Virus record (IMG/VR): IMGVR_UViG_3300025141_015960 | Coordinates: 1 to 30,566 of that record | Length of the DNA: 30,566 nt | Direction: 5' to 3' (one strand) | Source: a virus | Lineage: Duplodnaviria > Caudoviricetes | Shown here: piece after piece, positions 9,709-18,894 of the stretch | How the letters are laid out: each line of letters opens with the position of its first letter | Position numbering within the stretch: position 1 is the stretch's first letter | The notes under the pieces: generated by a model | What the model saw: the letters and a program-made list of their open reading frames with translations, nothing else | What the model was told of the DNA's origin: nothing | The model's database searches: none | Translations under genes and position numbers: made by a program

Positions 9709-11556
9709 TCACATTGCGGATCCGACAATATCTTCGTCTGGGTATTTTAATTCAAAAATAGAACCCGGTGGACCAAATATCACTCCGTTCTTTGTATTTT
9801 TTTCAAAAGGAAACGATGATTTGGAGTAGTTTCTAGTCTCTACAGTTCCTGTTCTAGGGAACACTCTCAAGTCTGTTAGAGCGACTACATAATCAGTGTT
9901 TATTATAATGTTTGTTAAGTCATCAATTACTATCGGTTGATCTATTTGAAAATATTTTGTTTGCAAAGCATCAGATAGTCTTTGATTAATGTTTTGCACA
10001 ACCTGGACCTTATTAACGTTTGGTGCTACCATCACTCCATACTTGACGCCAAAATTCAAAACTTGACAATCTAAAATATCAACAGCGTCTGATATCAGTC
10101 TAAATGAGTTCAGATAAATGCTAAGATTCTTTTTTAGAGAATCTGGAGCGACTGTCATTTTTTCTTCTGCATCTAAAGATACAATATACAAGAGAGCAGA
10201 AAGTGGATTTACAGGATTGGGTGAGATAGAAGCTCTAAAGACTCTTCCAAAAGTTGAAGGCATTGTGAATATTCTTGCTAATAAATCTTCCCTGGTCACG
10301 ACCCTGGATTGCATTAGTCTTGCTGATGTCACTAAGGTTCTTAAATCTTCTACTCCTGGAGCATTTGATCCCCCCACAGCCGCGAAGGGATTGTTAACAT
10401 CAAGTGATGTACGAACAACAACAGCTTCTGATCCCTCTGGTTGATTTCTAAATTCTAATACCAAAGAAGAGATTTCTCTAATGGCACCGACTGCGACGTT
10501 ATGACCTAGACCTCCACCATGTCTATACCGGACATTAATTGAAACATTTTTAGGAGATATTCCCAGTGTTTGTGTTTTTAAAAGAGAATTGGGATCAATT
10601 GCGAATCTGGACATATACTTTCTACCGTAAAGAGATAATGCAAGATCACTCGGATCGGGTATTATATCATCATCTAAAGAATCACCATCCCCTGATCCAA
10701 ACTGTAATGTTGTTATTCGTGTTGAGGGATTATATCTGGTGATGAATCGTCGAGGAGCCGGTACTATTTCCATATTACTGGGTACTAAATTACCATCTTT
10801 TTTATTGACATTTGTTACTGCTTTAAATACTGTATCCTGGCTTAGTGACTCCACTTCATAGTAAATTTCTCCGTCAGAATCAAAAACATCAGATATAGAA
10901 CTTATGTTTTCTTTTGATAGGGTAATTTCCCTAAATGCTTCATGTGTGTTCGGAATTGTAAATGAATCAGTGGATTCTAGGCCTGAGCTAGCCTCTACTG
11001 TCCTTGTTACCTTATAAGAAAGCGGGACACCATCATTCCTAGATTCGTGAATTTCATATGTTGCCAAATAGTTTCCATTGACATCCTCCTCAGCAAAATC
11101 CAAGTCTTCTAAAGTTACAAAAGTAACACCGTTGTACGATACAGATTGGGTTCCTTGAATGAGAACTGGGAGAGCTGATGTTTTTGGTCGAAACCCAGAT
11201 GATACTTTTTCAGCAGGGGCTGTCAAAGTAAACTTCAAGGTTACTAATGACGGAGAGGCACCGTATGCTTTAACACCTGCATTCTTTAAATGAGTTAAAA
11301 TATTTTGAAGCTCAACGGCTTGCGAAGGGTCGAGCTCCCTAAATTCATGGTCTAAGTAGAAAGAAAGATTGTCACCTACGGATGCAGCCATATCTACCAA
11401 GAGACCTCCTAAACTTGCTTCAGAAAAATCTTGAATCCTGTCTGGAAAGTAAACTCTAGCTGTTTCAATTAATTGTGATCTTAGTGACTCAAAATCTCTT
11501 GCTAGATAAGATCTATTGATAGATTTTTTAATTTTATTCTTAGTATCTATTGACAT
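9709..11556 (-). CDS. Baseplate wedge subunit, T4 gp6 / baseplate J-like (615 aa)
   Basis: YLARDFESLRSQL...YFPD..QDFSEASLGGLLVDMAASVGDNLSFYLD at the N-terminus, plus LQFGSG, YRHGGG, AVGGS and QSRVVTREDL. Follows the gp25-like gene. Confidence 0.9.
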   Translation of the reverse strand: MSIDTKNKIKKSINRSYLARDFESLRSQLIETARVYFPDRIQDFSEASLGGLLVDMAASVGDNLSFYLDHEFRELDPSQAVELQNILTHLKNAGVKAYGASPSLVTLKFTLTAPAEKVSSGFRPKTSALPVLIQGTQSVSYNGVTFVTLEDLDFAEEDVNGNYLATYEIHESRNDGVPLSYKVTRTVEASSGLESTDSFTIPNTHEAFREITLSKENISSISDVFDSDGEIYYEVESLSQDTVFKAVTNVNKKDGNLVPSNMEIVPAPRRFITRYNPSTRITTLQFGSGDGDSLDDDIIPDPSDLALSLYGRKYMSRFAIDPNSLLKTQTLGISPKNVSINVRYRHGGGLGHNVAVGAIREISSLVLEFRNQPEGSEAVVVRTSLDVNNPFAAVGGSNAPGVEDLRTLVTSARLMQSRVVTREDLLARIFTMPSTFGRVFRASISPNPVNPLSALLYIVSLDAEEKMTVAPDSLKKNLSIYLNSFRLISDAVDILDCQVLNFGVKYGVMVAPNVNKVQVVQNINQRLSDALQTKYFQIDQPIVIDDLTNIIINTDYVVALTDLRVFPRTGTVETRNYSKSSFPFEKNTKNGVIFGPPGSIFELKYPDEDIVGSAM

Positions 11557-11557
11557 G

Positions 11558-12049
11558 TTAACCTGCAGCTGCTAATATTATTTCTTCTTCCATTTCTTTA
11601 GAGGAAGCATCTGGTACCATATATCTAATTTTGATTCCTATATAAGCTAAACCCGTATTCGTAGTAACGGGTGGCTCAAATGTTTCAAACGTAAGAAGCT
11701 GTATATACGGCATGTATTTCTCGACCGCGGTCTTAATTCTGATGACTGCTTCAGTATCTACATCCTCAGCGCCTAATTCAAAAATAAGTTCTTCTAGATT
11801 AGCCCCAAAATCATATAGCATCAATCTTTCACCATGATTTGTCGAAATTAGATTCCTGAGATTGTCTCCTACTTGGGTCGTTAATTCTTGACTCATTTTG
11901 AATATGCCATCATTACCATTACCAAACTTTAAGGGTGTAAGAATTCCTATGGGCTTACTTTCGTTAGGGTCAGAAAATCCAGTTCGATTTGCAGTAGCAG
12001 TAATTCCTACAGATGCAAAATCATATTTTTTTCTATCTTGTAATGCCAT
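11558..12049 (-). CDS. Baseplate wedge / sheath-initiator protein, gp25/gpW family (163 aa)
   Basis: NLRNLISTNHGERLMLYDFGANL...LIFE...IKTAVEKYMPYI is the gp25 signature. SD AAGGAG upstream. Confidence 0.9.
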   Translation of the reverse strand: MALQDRKKYDFASVGITATANRTGFSDPNESKPIGILTPLKFGNGNDGIFKMSQELTTQVGDNLRNLISTNHGERLMLYDFGANLEELIFELGAEDVDTEAVIRIKTAVEKYMPYIQLLTFETFEPPVTTNTGLAYIGIKIRYMVPDASSKEMEEEIILAAAG

Positions 12050-12050
12050 T

Positions 12051-12101
12051 CGTCAACTCTCCTTCGTTAACTAACTATTGTAGTCGGGTCAGGTGTTGAC
12101 G
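12051..12101 (-). promoter_or_regulatory. Candidate RBS-sequestering hairpin with candidate late-promoter motif (AATAGTTA) in its loop
   Basis: Perfect 7-bp inverted repeat CGTCAAC (12051-12057) / GTTGACG (12095-12101) brackets the SD of the gp25-like gene. AATAGTTA on the minus strand at 12079-12072. Confidence 0.4.
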
Positions 12102-12113
12102 TTTCACATTTAA

Positions 12114-12383
12114 TTAAGGCGTTCCTGCGCCACCGGGTCCGCCGGTGCCAGGAGGGACTTCCTTCTGTAAAAGGCCAACAATCCCCTCAACAAACTTGTG
12201 GACAGCGTCCGCTGCTCCATGACCAGCCTGCTCCGCTGATTTAGCACTTTTAAAAGCACTAGCGATCTCACTTCTCATGGCTGCTTGTAACTGATTATAT
12301 TCACCTTGTTGGTCAACTCTTATTTCAAATTTTTCCTGAGTTTGTGTTCCGGCTCCAGGTGATCCGGGTGTTCCTGCTGGCAT
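12114..12383 (-). CDS. Small baseplate-associated protein with Pro/Gly-rich termini (89 aa)
   Basis: GGAGAG SD and ATG 2 nt after the gp5-like stop. Helical core MRSEIASAFK...AADAVHKFVEG. Position between gp5-like and gp25-like genes. Confidence 0.7.
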   Translation of the reverse strand: MPAGTPGSPGAGTQTQEKFEIRVDQQGEYNQLQAAMRSEIASAFKSAKSAEQAGHGAADAVHKFVEGIVGLLQKEVPPGTGGPGGAGTP

Positions 12384-12385
12384 TT

Positions 12386-14173
12386 TTACTCTCCAAATAT
12401 CCTTTCTGATTTAATGGATTCCATTGCATCCTTAGTACTCTTAAATTCTTCGATTGCTGATTTATCTGAAGCATGACTATATGACATTCCCGATGGCGAC
12501 ATTCCTCCTGCAAAAGCGCCGGCGACTGCACCTCCTAATGCGGAGTTTGGGGAACCCCATCCTGGAGTGCTTCCACCGACAGATACCCCTGGACCAGAGC
12601 CGGCTGAGGCCATAGTATTAATCTTGGTGCCATTGTCATTAATTTCTGCCTGTGCATTGTCAAATGCTGTGTTGACAGCATCAATCAGACCATCAGCCCA
12701 TTTTTCAAAATCGGACATTCTCAAATAAGGCTCAGATCCTTTTTCTCCAGATCCGTCCTCTTTTCCCTTGTCGTCTGAAGTCCTTCCGATGTATATTACT
12801 TTGCCGCTTATTTGAATAGTTCCGTCAGGCAAAATGTATATAGACGCAGCGTCATCATCTAACTTGCCCTCTTTAATCAGTCTGATGCTTCCGTTTATTT
12901 CTTTTTTTGGTGCATTATCGCCGGTCATTTCAGAATTCTTTTGACTATCTAGACCAGTTTTTCTTGCAATAATTCTTACTTCGTCAGCCTTTAGAACAGT
13001 AGCAGCGGTATCTTTGATTGATTTTGGTTCAGCCTTAAAGGGTTGTGGAATGTTGTTCGGAACTATGTTAAATTCCTCATCCGGGCTGGAATTCATTGTA
13101 AGATATAATCTAGATGAATCATTAACAAAATCCGGGTCGCCTTCGCATGCATCTGTCTTTGTATTGCTCTTTTCTTTAGAGTCTTCTGCCACCGCGATTG
13201 TTAAATTTTTATCTGTTTCGTGGCCTTCTTTTCTACCCTCTGTTGGTTTCGTAGAACCTGGCTCATTTTTAATAACTCTCGGCTCTGTTCTTGTGGGGTC
13301 TTTTTCTTCTAGGGCTTTAAGCTCACCAAATAATCGGCCCCGGCCGACGACGATGTCAATACTACCTTTTCCTTGCTTTAATTTTTCTGGCATTGCAGCG
13401 TTAGACTTTTTTCTATCTATCTCTTCGCCAGCGGTATAACCGCGGTCTGTTCCCAATACTATAGTTGAGTTATGAGACCCCTGAAGAACTAGGTCTCCAG
13501 GGCGCTTAGTATATCTGGGAACTGGCTCTATTAGAAATTGCTTTTCTTCAATACTTCCCGTGTATATATTTTCATATTCAGGACCCGGGGTAATTGTCCA
13601 CAAATCTGAATCATCCATGGATTTTTGAACGCCGTTGTGAAAAGTGGGATAGATTGATAGTGCCTCTTCTGTCTCGTCTTCTTTTATTTCTACATTTAGT
13701 TCTTTGCTGGTTGGGCCATATCTTCTATCTCCGTGTGTATAATTTGGATCTTCAACAAAAATCGGTTCATGAATTCGACTCATCCAAAATCCTCTACCTA
13801 GTGAATTCGTTGGATTTTCCCGCATGATCCATACTTGTTCTCCTACTTTTAGAGGCAGACATAAATGAGAAGAAAAGAATGGAAAGCAGACAGTTTTTGT
13901 CTGATTTGACCTACCCGTTCCGTTTGAAATATATTTCACTATTATAGAGTTTCTAGGAGCAATAAAAAAGTCGTCCGGGTTTGTCAACTCTTCAAGAATC
14001 TGATTTATTTCCGCTTCGTTCTCCTCATCTATAGATGAAAGATCATCCAGCGTTTTATAGACAACCCCTCGCAAAAATGTTTGATTCGGGGATGCACCCT
14101 CTAATTTCTGTAGATCTTCTGAGGCATTCGTAAGGCCGTCGCCTCCCAGACTTAATTTTCTAATCAGGTCCAT
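12386..14173 (-). CDS. Baseplate hub/central spike, gp5/gpV/VgrG-like (595 aa)
   Basis: OB-fold-like CFPFFSSHLCLPLKVGEQVWIM...FWMSRI, then PGDLVLQGSHNSTIVLG and beta-strand repeats (LKADEVRIIAR, SIRLIKEG, IYILPDGTIQISG). Canonical position upstream of gp25 and gp6. Confidence 0.72.
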   Translation of the reverse strand: MDLIRKLSLGGDGLTNASEDLQKLEGASPNQTFLRGVVYKTLDDLSSIDEENEAEINQILEELTNPDDFFIAPRNSIIVKYISNGTGRSNQTKTVCFPFFSSHLCLPLKVGEQVWIMRENPTNSLGRGFWMSRIHEPIFVEDPNYTHGDRRYGPTSKELNVEIKEDETEEALSIYPTFHNGVQKSMDDSDLWTITPGPEYENIYTGSIEEKQFLIEPVPRYTKRPGDLVLQGSHNSTIVLGTDRGYTAGEEIDRKKSNAAMPEKLKQGKGSIDIVVGRGRLFGELKALEEKDPTRTEPRVIKNEPGSTKPTEGRKEGHETDKNLTIAVAEDSKEKSNTKTDACEGDPDFVNDSSRLYLTMNSSPDEEFNIVPNNIPQPFKAEPKSIKDTAATVLKADEVRIIARKTGLDSQKNSEMTGDNAPKKEINGSIRLIKEGKLDDDAASIYILPDGTIQISGKVIYIGRTSDDKGKEDGSGEKGSEPYLRMSDFEKWADGLIDAVNTAFDNAQAEINDNGTKINTMASAGSGPGVSVGGSTPGWGSPNSALGGAVAGAFAGGMSPSGMSYSHASDKSAIEEFKSTKDAMESIKSERIFGE

Positions 14174-14174
14174 C

Positions 14175-14537
14175 TTATCCCTCTATCTTAGAAAAAAGAT
14201 CGTCAGGATCAACTTTAGATTCTTCTTTTTCTGCCTTAGAAATTAGCTCTGCCAGATGAATTATTTGATCATTTGATTTACACATTCTTTCTAGATACTT
14301 TGACATGATGGTTCCCATAGTAGTATGATCTGATGTGCCTCCACTCATAGATTTGAATGCTTCAGTGAATAATATGGAAGCTCTTTCTCTATCAGAGACA
14401 GCATTTTCGTATACTTCTTTCCACAATGCTTTTTTCTTATCTTCAGTTGTGGATAAATTGTCTAAAAGATCAGAAAATTCCTTTAATTTCTCTTCTAATT
14501 TTTTGTTTTTATCAACTAGATTATCCATCTTTTTCAT
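14175..14537 (-). CDS. Hypothetical alpha-helical phage protein (120 aa)
   Basis: Strong SD (AAGGGGG) and coiled-coil-like composition; fills the gap between the sigma-like and gp5-like genes. Function not recognisable. Confidence 0.75.
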   Translation of the reverse strand: MKKMDNLVDKNKKLEEKLKEFSDLLDNLSTTEDKKKALWKEVYENAVSDRERASILFTEAFKSMSGGTSDHTTMGTIMSKYLERMCKSNDQIIHLAELISKAEKEESKVDPDDLFSKIEG

Positions 14538-14549
14538 ATCAACCCCCTT

Positions 14550-15284
14550 CTAGAAAAATATGTCGTAATTATCAGATCCGCCGGACATCTCTCTATATCG
14601 TCGTCTTATAACAGAAAGAGACTTTGACATTATTTTCTTATCTAGACCAGATATCTCTCTGATGTATATTAGTACTGCTCTTTTGTTCAAAAGCTCTAGA
14701 TCATCAATATTAGCAAAAAGAGTTTCTATGGCCTGAAGACAGATTAACTCATTTTCATTGGTTAGCTTTACTCTCATATCTTCTAGAAGCTTAAGAATTT
14801 GTGACCTTTGCGCTCTTTTTATTAAAGTCTCATCAGGGGGAGGTATAACATCATGATTTTCAAATAGAGCCTTTTGGCCTGAACTCATTCCATATGGATC
14901 ATCAATGCTGACATGTCTGCTTTTTCTTTTTTTGTGCTGCCTACAATTGATAATCAACCAATTTTTAGCAACTACGTTAAAATAAGAGAATGCCTTGGTC
15001 CCTCTAGCTTCATCCCACTTATGTATTGACTCATAAAGAAAAGAAATACAGTCCGCTTTCAACTCATCAAACAGAGCATAAGGTGAATTAAAACCATAAA
15101 CAAAAATTAAATTTTCTGACAGCTTGGAAAACGCCGGAAGTATATCTTTTTCATACAGAACAAGTTTATCTTTAGCAGATTCCATGTCTTGATAACGGAC
15201 TATAGCAGCCTGCGTATCCATGTTAAAATACATGTTTCTTGGCTTACCTGGATTTCTCCTTATCTTTCGCTTCTTACCCTTCAA
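14550..15284 (-). CDS. Phage sigma factor, T4 gp55-like late sigma (~244 aa; probable TTG start)
   Basis: MYFN..TQAAIVRY...DCISFLYESIHKWDEARGTKAFSYFNVVAKNWLI resembles sigma region 2 (gp55 F.YF motif). TTG at 15284 has GAGGG upstream; the track start at 15347 overlaps the next gene heavily. Confidence 0.65.
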   Translation of the reverse strand: MKGKKRKIRRNPGKPRNMYFNMDTQAAIVRYQDMESAKDKLVLYEKDILPAFSKLSENLIFVYGFNSPYALFDELKADCISFLYESIHKWDEARGTKAFSYFNVVAKNWLIINCRQHKKRKSRHVSIDDPYGMSSGQKALFENHDVIPPPDETLIKRAQRSQILKLLEDMRVKLTNENELICLQAIETLFANIDDLELLNKRAVLIYIREISGLDKKIMSKSLSVIRRRYREMSGGSDNYDIFF

Positions 15285-15582
15285 TTTGTTTTCCCTCTTC
15301 ACTTTCTTCTTCAAATGGTTCAAAATCTTTATAAAGAGTAGTAGCAATGTTGTTCAAAGAAGAACGCGTTTCTCTTATGTCGTTCAATACCTGCCTTACT
15401 TCTTGACTATCATAAAAAAGAGGCCGTTCCAATATTTCGGATATCGAGTCGTATTTTTTGTCAATCATGTCTAAAGATTCTTCAATTGCATCTTCAATTT
15501 TTAGAATTATTAATCCAAACTTAATACAGTAAAATAAGGATACACCTAAAAGAAGAGTTAGAATCACAACAAGATAGATCAA
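15274..15582 (-). CDS. Small membrane-anchored coiled-coil protein (102 aa)
   Basis: N-terminal hydrophobic helix IYLVVILTLLLGVSLFYCIKFGLIIL followed by heptad-like sequence. TTGA overlap with the GT4 stop. Confidence 0.7.
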   Translation of the reverse strand: MIYLVVILTLLLGVSLFYCIKFGLIILKIEDAIEESLDMIDKKYDSISEILERPLFYDSQEVRQVLNDIRETRSSLNNIATTLYKDFEPFEEESEEGKQIEG

Positions 15583-16742
15583 TCCAGTACCTCTGATAGT
15601 ACTTTGTCGTACTCGCGAAATATTTCACTTATTGAGTATTTCTCTTGTAGCTTCTGTGAGAGATCATTTGCCCATCGGGTGGGAATTTCACTACTTTTAT
15701 AAAACTTTCGCATTGTTTTCTTAACAGAATCTTCTTTTGGTGACGCCCATTGGGCCCCCTCCATGAAAATATTTCCATCTATTCGTGTGGAGTCGACCTT
15801 TGTTAAATCATACTCAAACTTTAACCATCGTCCCTCATTAAGAAATTCTGTATGGGCTGACCAGTTTGTTGCCATCACCGGGAGACCTGCAACTGAAGCT
15901 TCTAGAAGCGGCAAACCAAAACCTTCCCCTCTTGTGGCAGAAATTAAAGCTTTGACATTTTTATCCCGATACAGACTATTCATTTCTTTTCTCGTCATAT
16001 TTCCATGCAAAAGATAGATTTTTGGATTTCCAGAATGACCTATCTGCTTTAAAATATTTTCTAACAGGGCTTTTGTATTATTTCTATCAATTGCTGTTTC
16101 TCTTCCTCTATTTGTCTTTATAATCAGACCTACGTTTGTATCCTTTTTAAACTCTTCGACAAACCATTTTATCAAATAGAATAAATTCTTTCTGTCTGTC
16201 TCTGGTGTGTGTCCTGTCAAGACACCGACTGTCAAAAAATTAAAATCAGATGTTAGTTCTAATCCTAGATCAACAGGATCAGAAATAAGTTCAGAAAAAT
16301 ATGACTCTGGTACCACATGAATTGGTGTGCTAGAAGATGCTCCGCTCTCTAATGACTTTTTTGTATGTTGAGACGGAACTATCACCTTATCCATCTTGTT
16401 ACAGTGGACGGCCGGCCAAAGAGGATTAGCTTTATCAGTTTCCACTCCAGCTGTCACACCAACATTATAATGTGCAGCTGATGTATCCCATTCATTTGGA
16501 AGAATTACTTGAAATGATACATCAAATTTTTGGTCTTGATCTTTCGCTGACCTTCTTATAACTTCACCTACAAGACCCCCACAGTCTTCCCAATTAGTAT
16601 ACCAAGGAGTTACCCCCCATGGAACACACTGAGTTACTATATTAATGTTCGGCTTAGTAAGAAGATACTGAAATAGCTGTCTGGCATGGACTCCATAACC
16701 AGATTTTGTTAATAGTGGCGCTCGTACAACAACGTTCTTCAT
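15579..16742 (-). CDS. Glycosyltransferase family 4 (GT-B) (~387 aa; start revised from 16769)
   Basis: SGYGVHAR at the N-terminus, DRKN, and ATRGEGFGLPLLEASVAGLPVMATNWSAHTEF (EX7E). ATGA overlap with the upstream GT at 16739-16742. Confidence 0.92.
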   Translation of the reverse strand: MKNVVVRAPLLTKSGYGVHARQLFQYLLTKPNINIVTQCVPWGVTPWYTNWEDCGGLVGEVIRRSAKDQDQKFDVSFQVILPNEWDTSAAHYNVGVTAGVETDKANPLWPAVHCNKMDKVIVPSQHTKKSLESGASSSTPIHVVPESYFSELISDPVDLGLELTSDFNFLTVGVLTGHTPETDRKNLFYLIKWFVEEFKKDTNVGLIIKTNRGRETAIDRNNTKALLENILKQIGHSGNPKIYLLHGNMTRKEMNSLYRDKNVKALISATRGEGFGLPLLEASVAGLPVMATNWSAHTEFLNEGRWLKFEYDLTKVDSTRIDGNIFMEGAQWASPKEDSVKKTMRKFYKSSEIPTRWANDLSQKLQEKYSISEIFREYDKVLSEVLD

Positions 16743-17998
16743 TCTCCTGATACCTCCTGAAGTTTCCACTGAGGTGGCTTATTATTCTTCCACACTTCAA
16801 CTAGCTCTAGAAGAGAATCATGCCACTTATCAATTGTACCTTGTAGACCGAATTCACTTAAAACATACGATCTAGACTTGAGGCCCAATGTTTTTCTTTC
16901 TTCTGGAGACATATCGTATAACTTCATTATTGCGGCCGACGCTGCTTCATGTGAACAATAATCCTCATAAATGTATGGTACACCCTGAGAGCCTACTAGT
17001 GATTGAAACTCAACATCTAGAGCTACGCCATTCTCAGATCCATCTCGGTAGTCAACGACTTGTCTTGTCAGACCACCTGTCTTCAAAGCTATTATAGGAT
17101 TTCCACATTGCATAGATTCTAGAGTTGCTAGACCGAATCCTTCTGCATAAGCTATGTTAATACATGCATCTGAAATGTTGTGAAGAATATTCATTTGTTC
17201 AAATTCAACTCTCTGATTAGAGAAAACAACATTATCCATTATCCCTATATCCCGCGCTGTAGCCAGAAGATTAGGACCCTCAGGATCTGTTGGTTCAGTA
17301 TGCATCAGTAGAGTAGCTTTTCTATGACCATACTTTTCTTCCATTTCATCTAGAAATTTAGAGAAACTCCACAAAACATCATTGGGTCTCTTTCTTCTAG
17401 CATTTCTATTAACCCAAAATAGAACAAAGTGATCTTTTCTTTCTGGTCCTATTAAAGCTGTCTTGTGATTTGATATCTCATGATCAGGTAAGGGAAAAAA
17501 TAATTCTTGCGGCAATGAGTGAGGTATGAAGTTTGTTTTTTCCGGAAACCACTTTGACACCATTTCATATGTCAAGTGTGAATGACAATTTATAAGATCT
17601 GTTCCTTCATAAAACGGCTTATTGAAAACCGGTGCAGGATAGTTGTCCCATACATGCCAATAAGCTATAGGGCATACATCATGAATTTCGTCTTCCATCT
17701 CCCACAGCCACACAAAAAATCTAGGATCTGTGAAGAGGAGAATAACATCAGGCTTTTCAGTTACCAAAGTCTGTAGAATCATGTCTCTATTACCAAAACC
17801 GTCTATGGGCTTGATAATAAAATCTTCGTTCACCTGTATTGTATCGTAATTTTGATGCTTAATAGCGGCCCCAAACTGTCTGACAGTCCAACAACCTTTT
17901 TCTACTAAACCTTCCATTAAAAATCTGCTTTGGCAGCCTACACCTGAAGTGCTTAGGGCATGATCAGACAAAAGCAGAATTTTATATTTTTCTTTCAT
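16739..17998 (-). CDS. Glycosyltransferase family 4 (GT-B) (419 aa)
   Basis: LLLSDH...TSGVG, VNRNARRKR, and AYAEGFGLATLESMQCGNPIIALKTGGL (EX7E). Confidence 0.92.
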   Translation of the reverse strand: MKEKYKILLLSDHALSTSGVGCQSRFLMEGLVEKGCWTVRQFGAAIKHQNYDTIQVNEDFIIKPIDGFGNRDMILQTLVTEKPDVILLFTDPRFFVWLWEMEDEIHDVCPIAYWHVWDNYPAPVFNKPFYEGTDLINCHSHLTYEMVSKWFPEKTNFIPHSLPQELFFPLPDHEISNHKTALIGPERKDHFVLFWVNRNARRKRPNDVLWSFSKFLDEMEEKYGHRKATLLMHTEPTDPEGPNLLATARDIGIMDNVVFSNQRVEFEQMNILHNISDACINIAYAEGFGLATLESMQCGNPIIALKTGGLTRQVVDYRDGSENGVALDVEFQSLVGSQGVPYIYEDYCSHEAASAAIMKLYDMSPEERKTLGLKSRSYVLSEFGLQGTIDKWHDSLLELVEVWKNNKPPQWKLQEVSGE

Positions 17999-18032
17999 AA
18001 AGCAATCCTATTCTTGTTAGGGAATCAGTAAA

Positions 18033-18860
18033 TTAAGTGCAGTGAGGTGTATTTTTAAAGTCGCAAAACATACACGAATCTCTATTTTTCATGAAGAACT
18101 TTTTTTGTACTGTCCCTATCATGTTTCTAACCATTTTTCTAGACTTTTCAATGGCTTTAGGACCTGATGATATTTTAAAAAGTTCACACATATTTCCGGG
18201 TTTACCTCCCCTCTTAAGGAGGATAAATCCACATGCCACATCTTTCAGGGGAATTTTGTTTTTAGTTGCCCAAAAATGCTTATAAAGTATAATCTGGGCT
18301 TGGGTTAGGAAATCTTGCTTTTTTCTCCTGTCCCATCCATATGACTTCGCTGTTTTCCAGTCAAGGATCCAATATTTCCAAGTACCGTTTTTTCTAGGAG
18401 TTTTAATGATGACATCAATAAATCCTTTAAATTTTATTTCCTTGGACTCGATATTCTCGTAAAGCTCTTCTTCAGCAGATACTGGTTCCCACCCGGGGAA
18501 TGTCTCATCTAAAAACTTGGGAACATCGTCCCACATATTAGATGCCCAATTACACCATTCTTCGACCGGATGATATTTGTACCACCCAGGCTGTTGCTTG
18601 ACCCATGTGGGATCATCAAATCCATTTTTTTCCCATGCATCTCTAATATTTTCTAAAAGTTTTTCCTTGGGAATTGTTTTTGTGTTAAGATAGCTCTCAC
18701 AACCTTCATGGACTTGTGTTCCAAAATCCAAATATGGGGATGGCTTAAAAACATCAATTTTTTCTATATGCAAAAGTTTGTGTCTATATGAACACTCTTT
18801 CCAACATCTAACTTCTGAATATGAAACGTGGGGCTTATTTGTAGGGAATATATTACTCAT
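18033..18860 (-). CDS. PD-(D/E)XK nuclease, Cas4/AddB-like with probable 4Fe-4S cluster (275 aa)
   Basis: HVSYS....WKEC, FGTQVH, EE, KGFIDV, ILDWKT, Q..LY, and C-terminal CMFCDFKNTPHC. This is the one N-terminal plus three C-terminal Cys arrangement. Confidence 0.88.
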   Translation of the reverse strand: MSNIFPTNKPHVSYSEVRCWKECSYRHKLLHIEKIDVFKPSPYLDFGTQVHEGCESYLNTKTIPKEKLLENIRDAWEKNGFDDPTWVKQQPGWYKYHPVEEWCNWASNMWDDVPKFLDETFPGWEPVSAEEELYENIESKEIKFKGFIDVIIKTPRKNGTWKYWILDWKTAKSYGWDRRKKQDFLTQAQIILYKHFWATKNKIPLKDVACGFILLKRGGKPGNMCELFKISSGPKAIEKSRKMVRNMIGTVQKKFFMKNRDSCMFCDFKNTPHCT

Positions 18861-18865
18861 AGTAA

Positions 18866-18894
18866 ATTATAGAAGCTCTCTTTTGATTATTCAA
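18866..18894 (-). promoter_or_regulatory. Sigma70-type promoter TTGAAT-N17-TATAAT, probably leaderless, for the nuclease gene
   Basis: Minus strand reads TTGAAT aatcaaaagagagcttc TATAAT ttact ATG. Spacer is 17 nt and the ATG is 5 nt after the -10 box. Confidence 0.65.

Noticed and set aside
12325-12531. 68-aa minus-strand ORF (also 26906-27109)
   Set aside because: Out-of-frame overlaps with well-supported genes (gp5-like/89-aa; fcl) and no recognisable motif.
9709-14173. Bacterial eCIS/T6SS/tailocin or giant eukaryotic virus origin
   Set aside because: A long T4 gp6-like wedge, a gp55-like sigma and a Cas4-like nuclease favour a lytic myophage. SD sites and overlapping operonic genes argue against an NCLDV.
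14175-14537. Possible small terminase subunit
   Set aside because: Only size and helicity fit; there is no diagnostic motif and no large terminase nearby.
18033-18860. CRISPR-Cas locus implied by the Cas4-like gene
   Set aside because: No repeat-spacer array, no cas1/cas2 and no intergenic space for an array; solo Cas4-like nucleases are common in phages.
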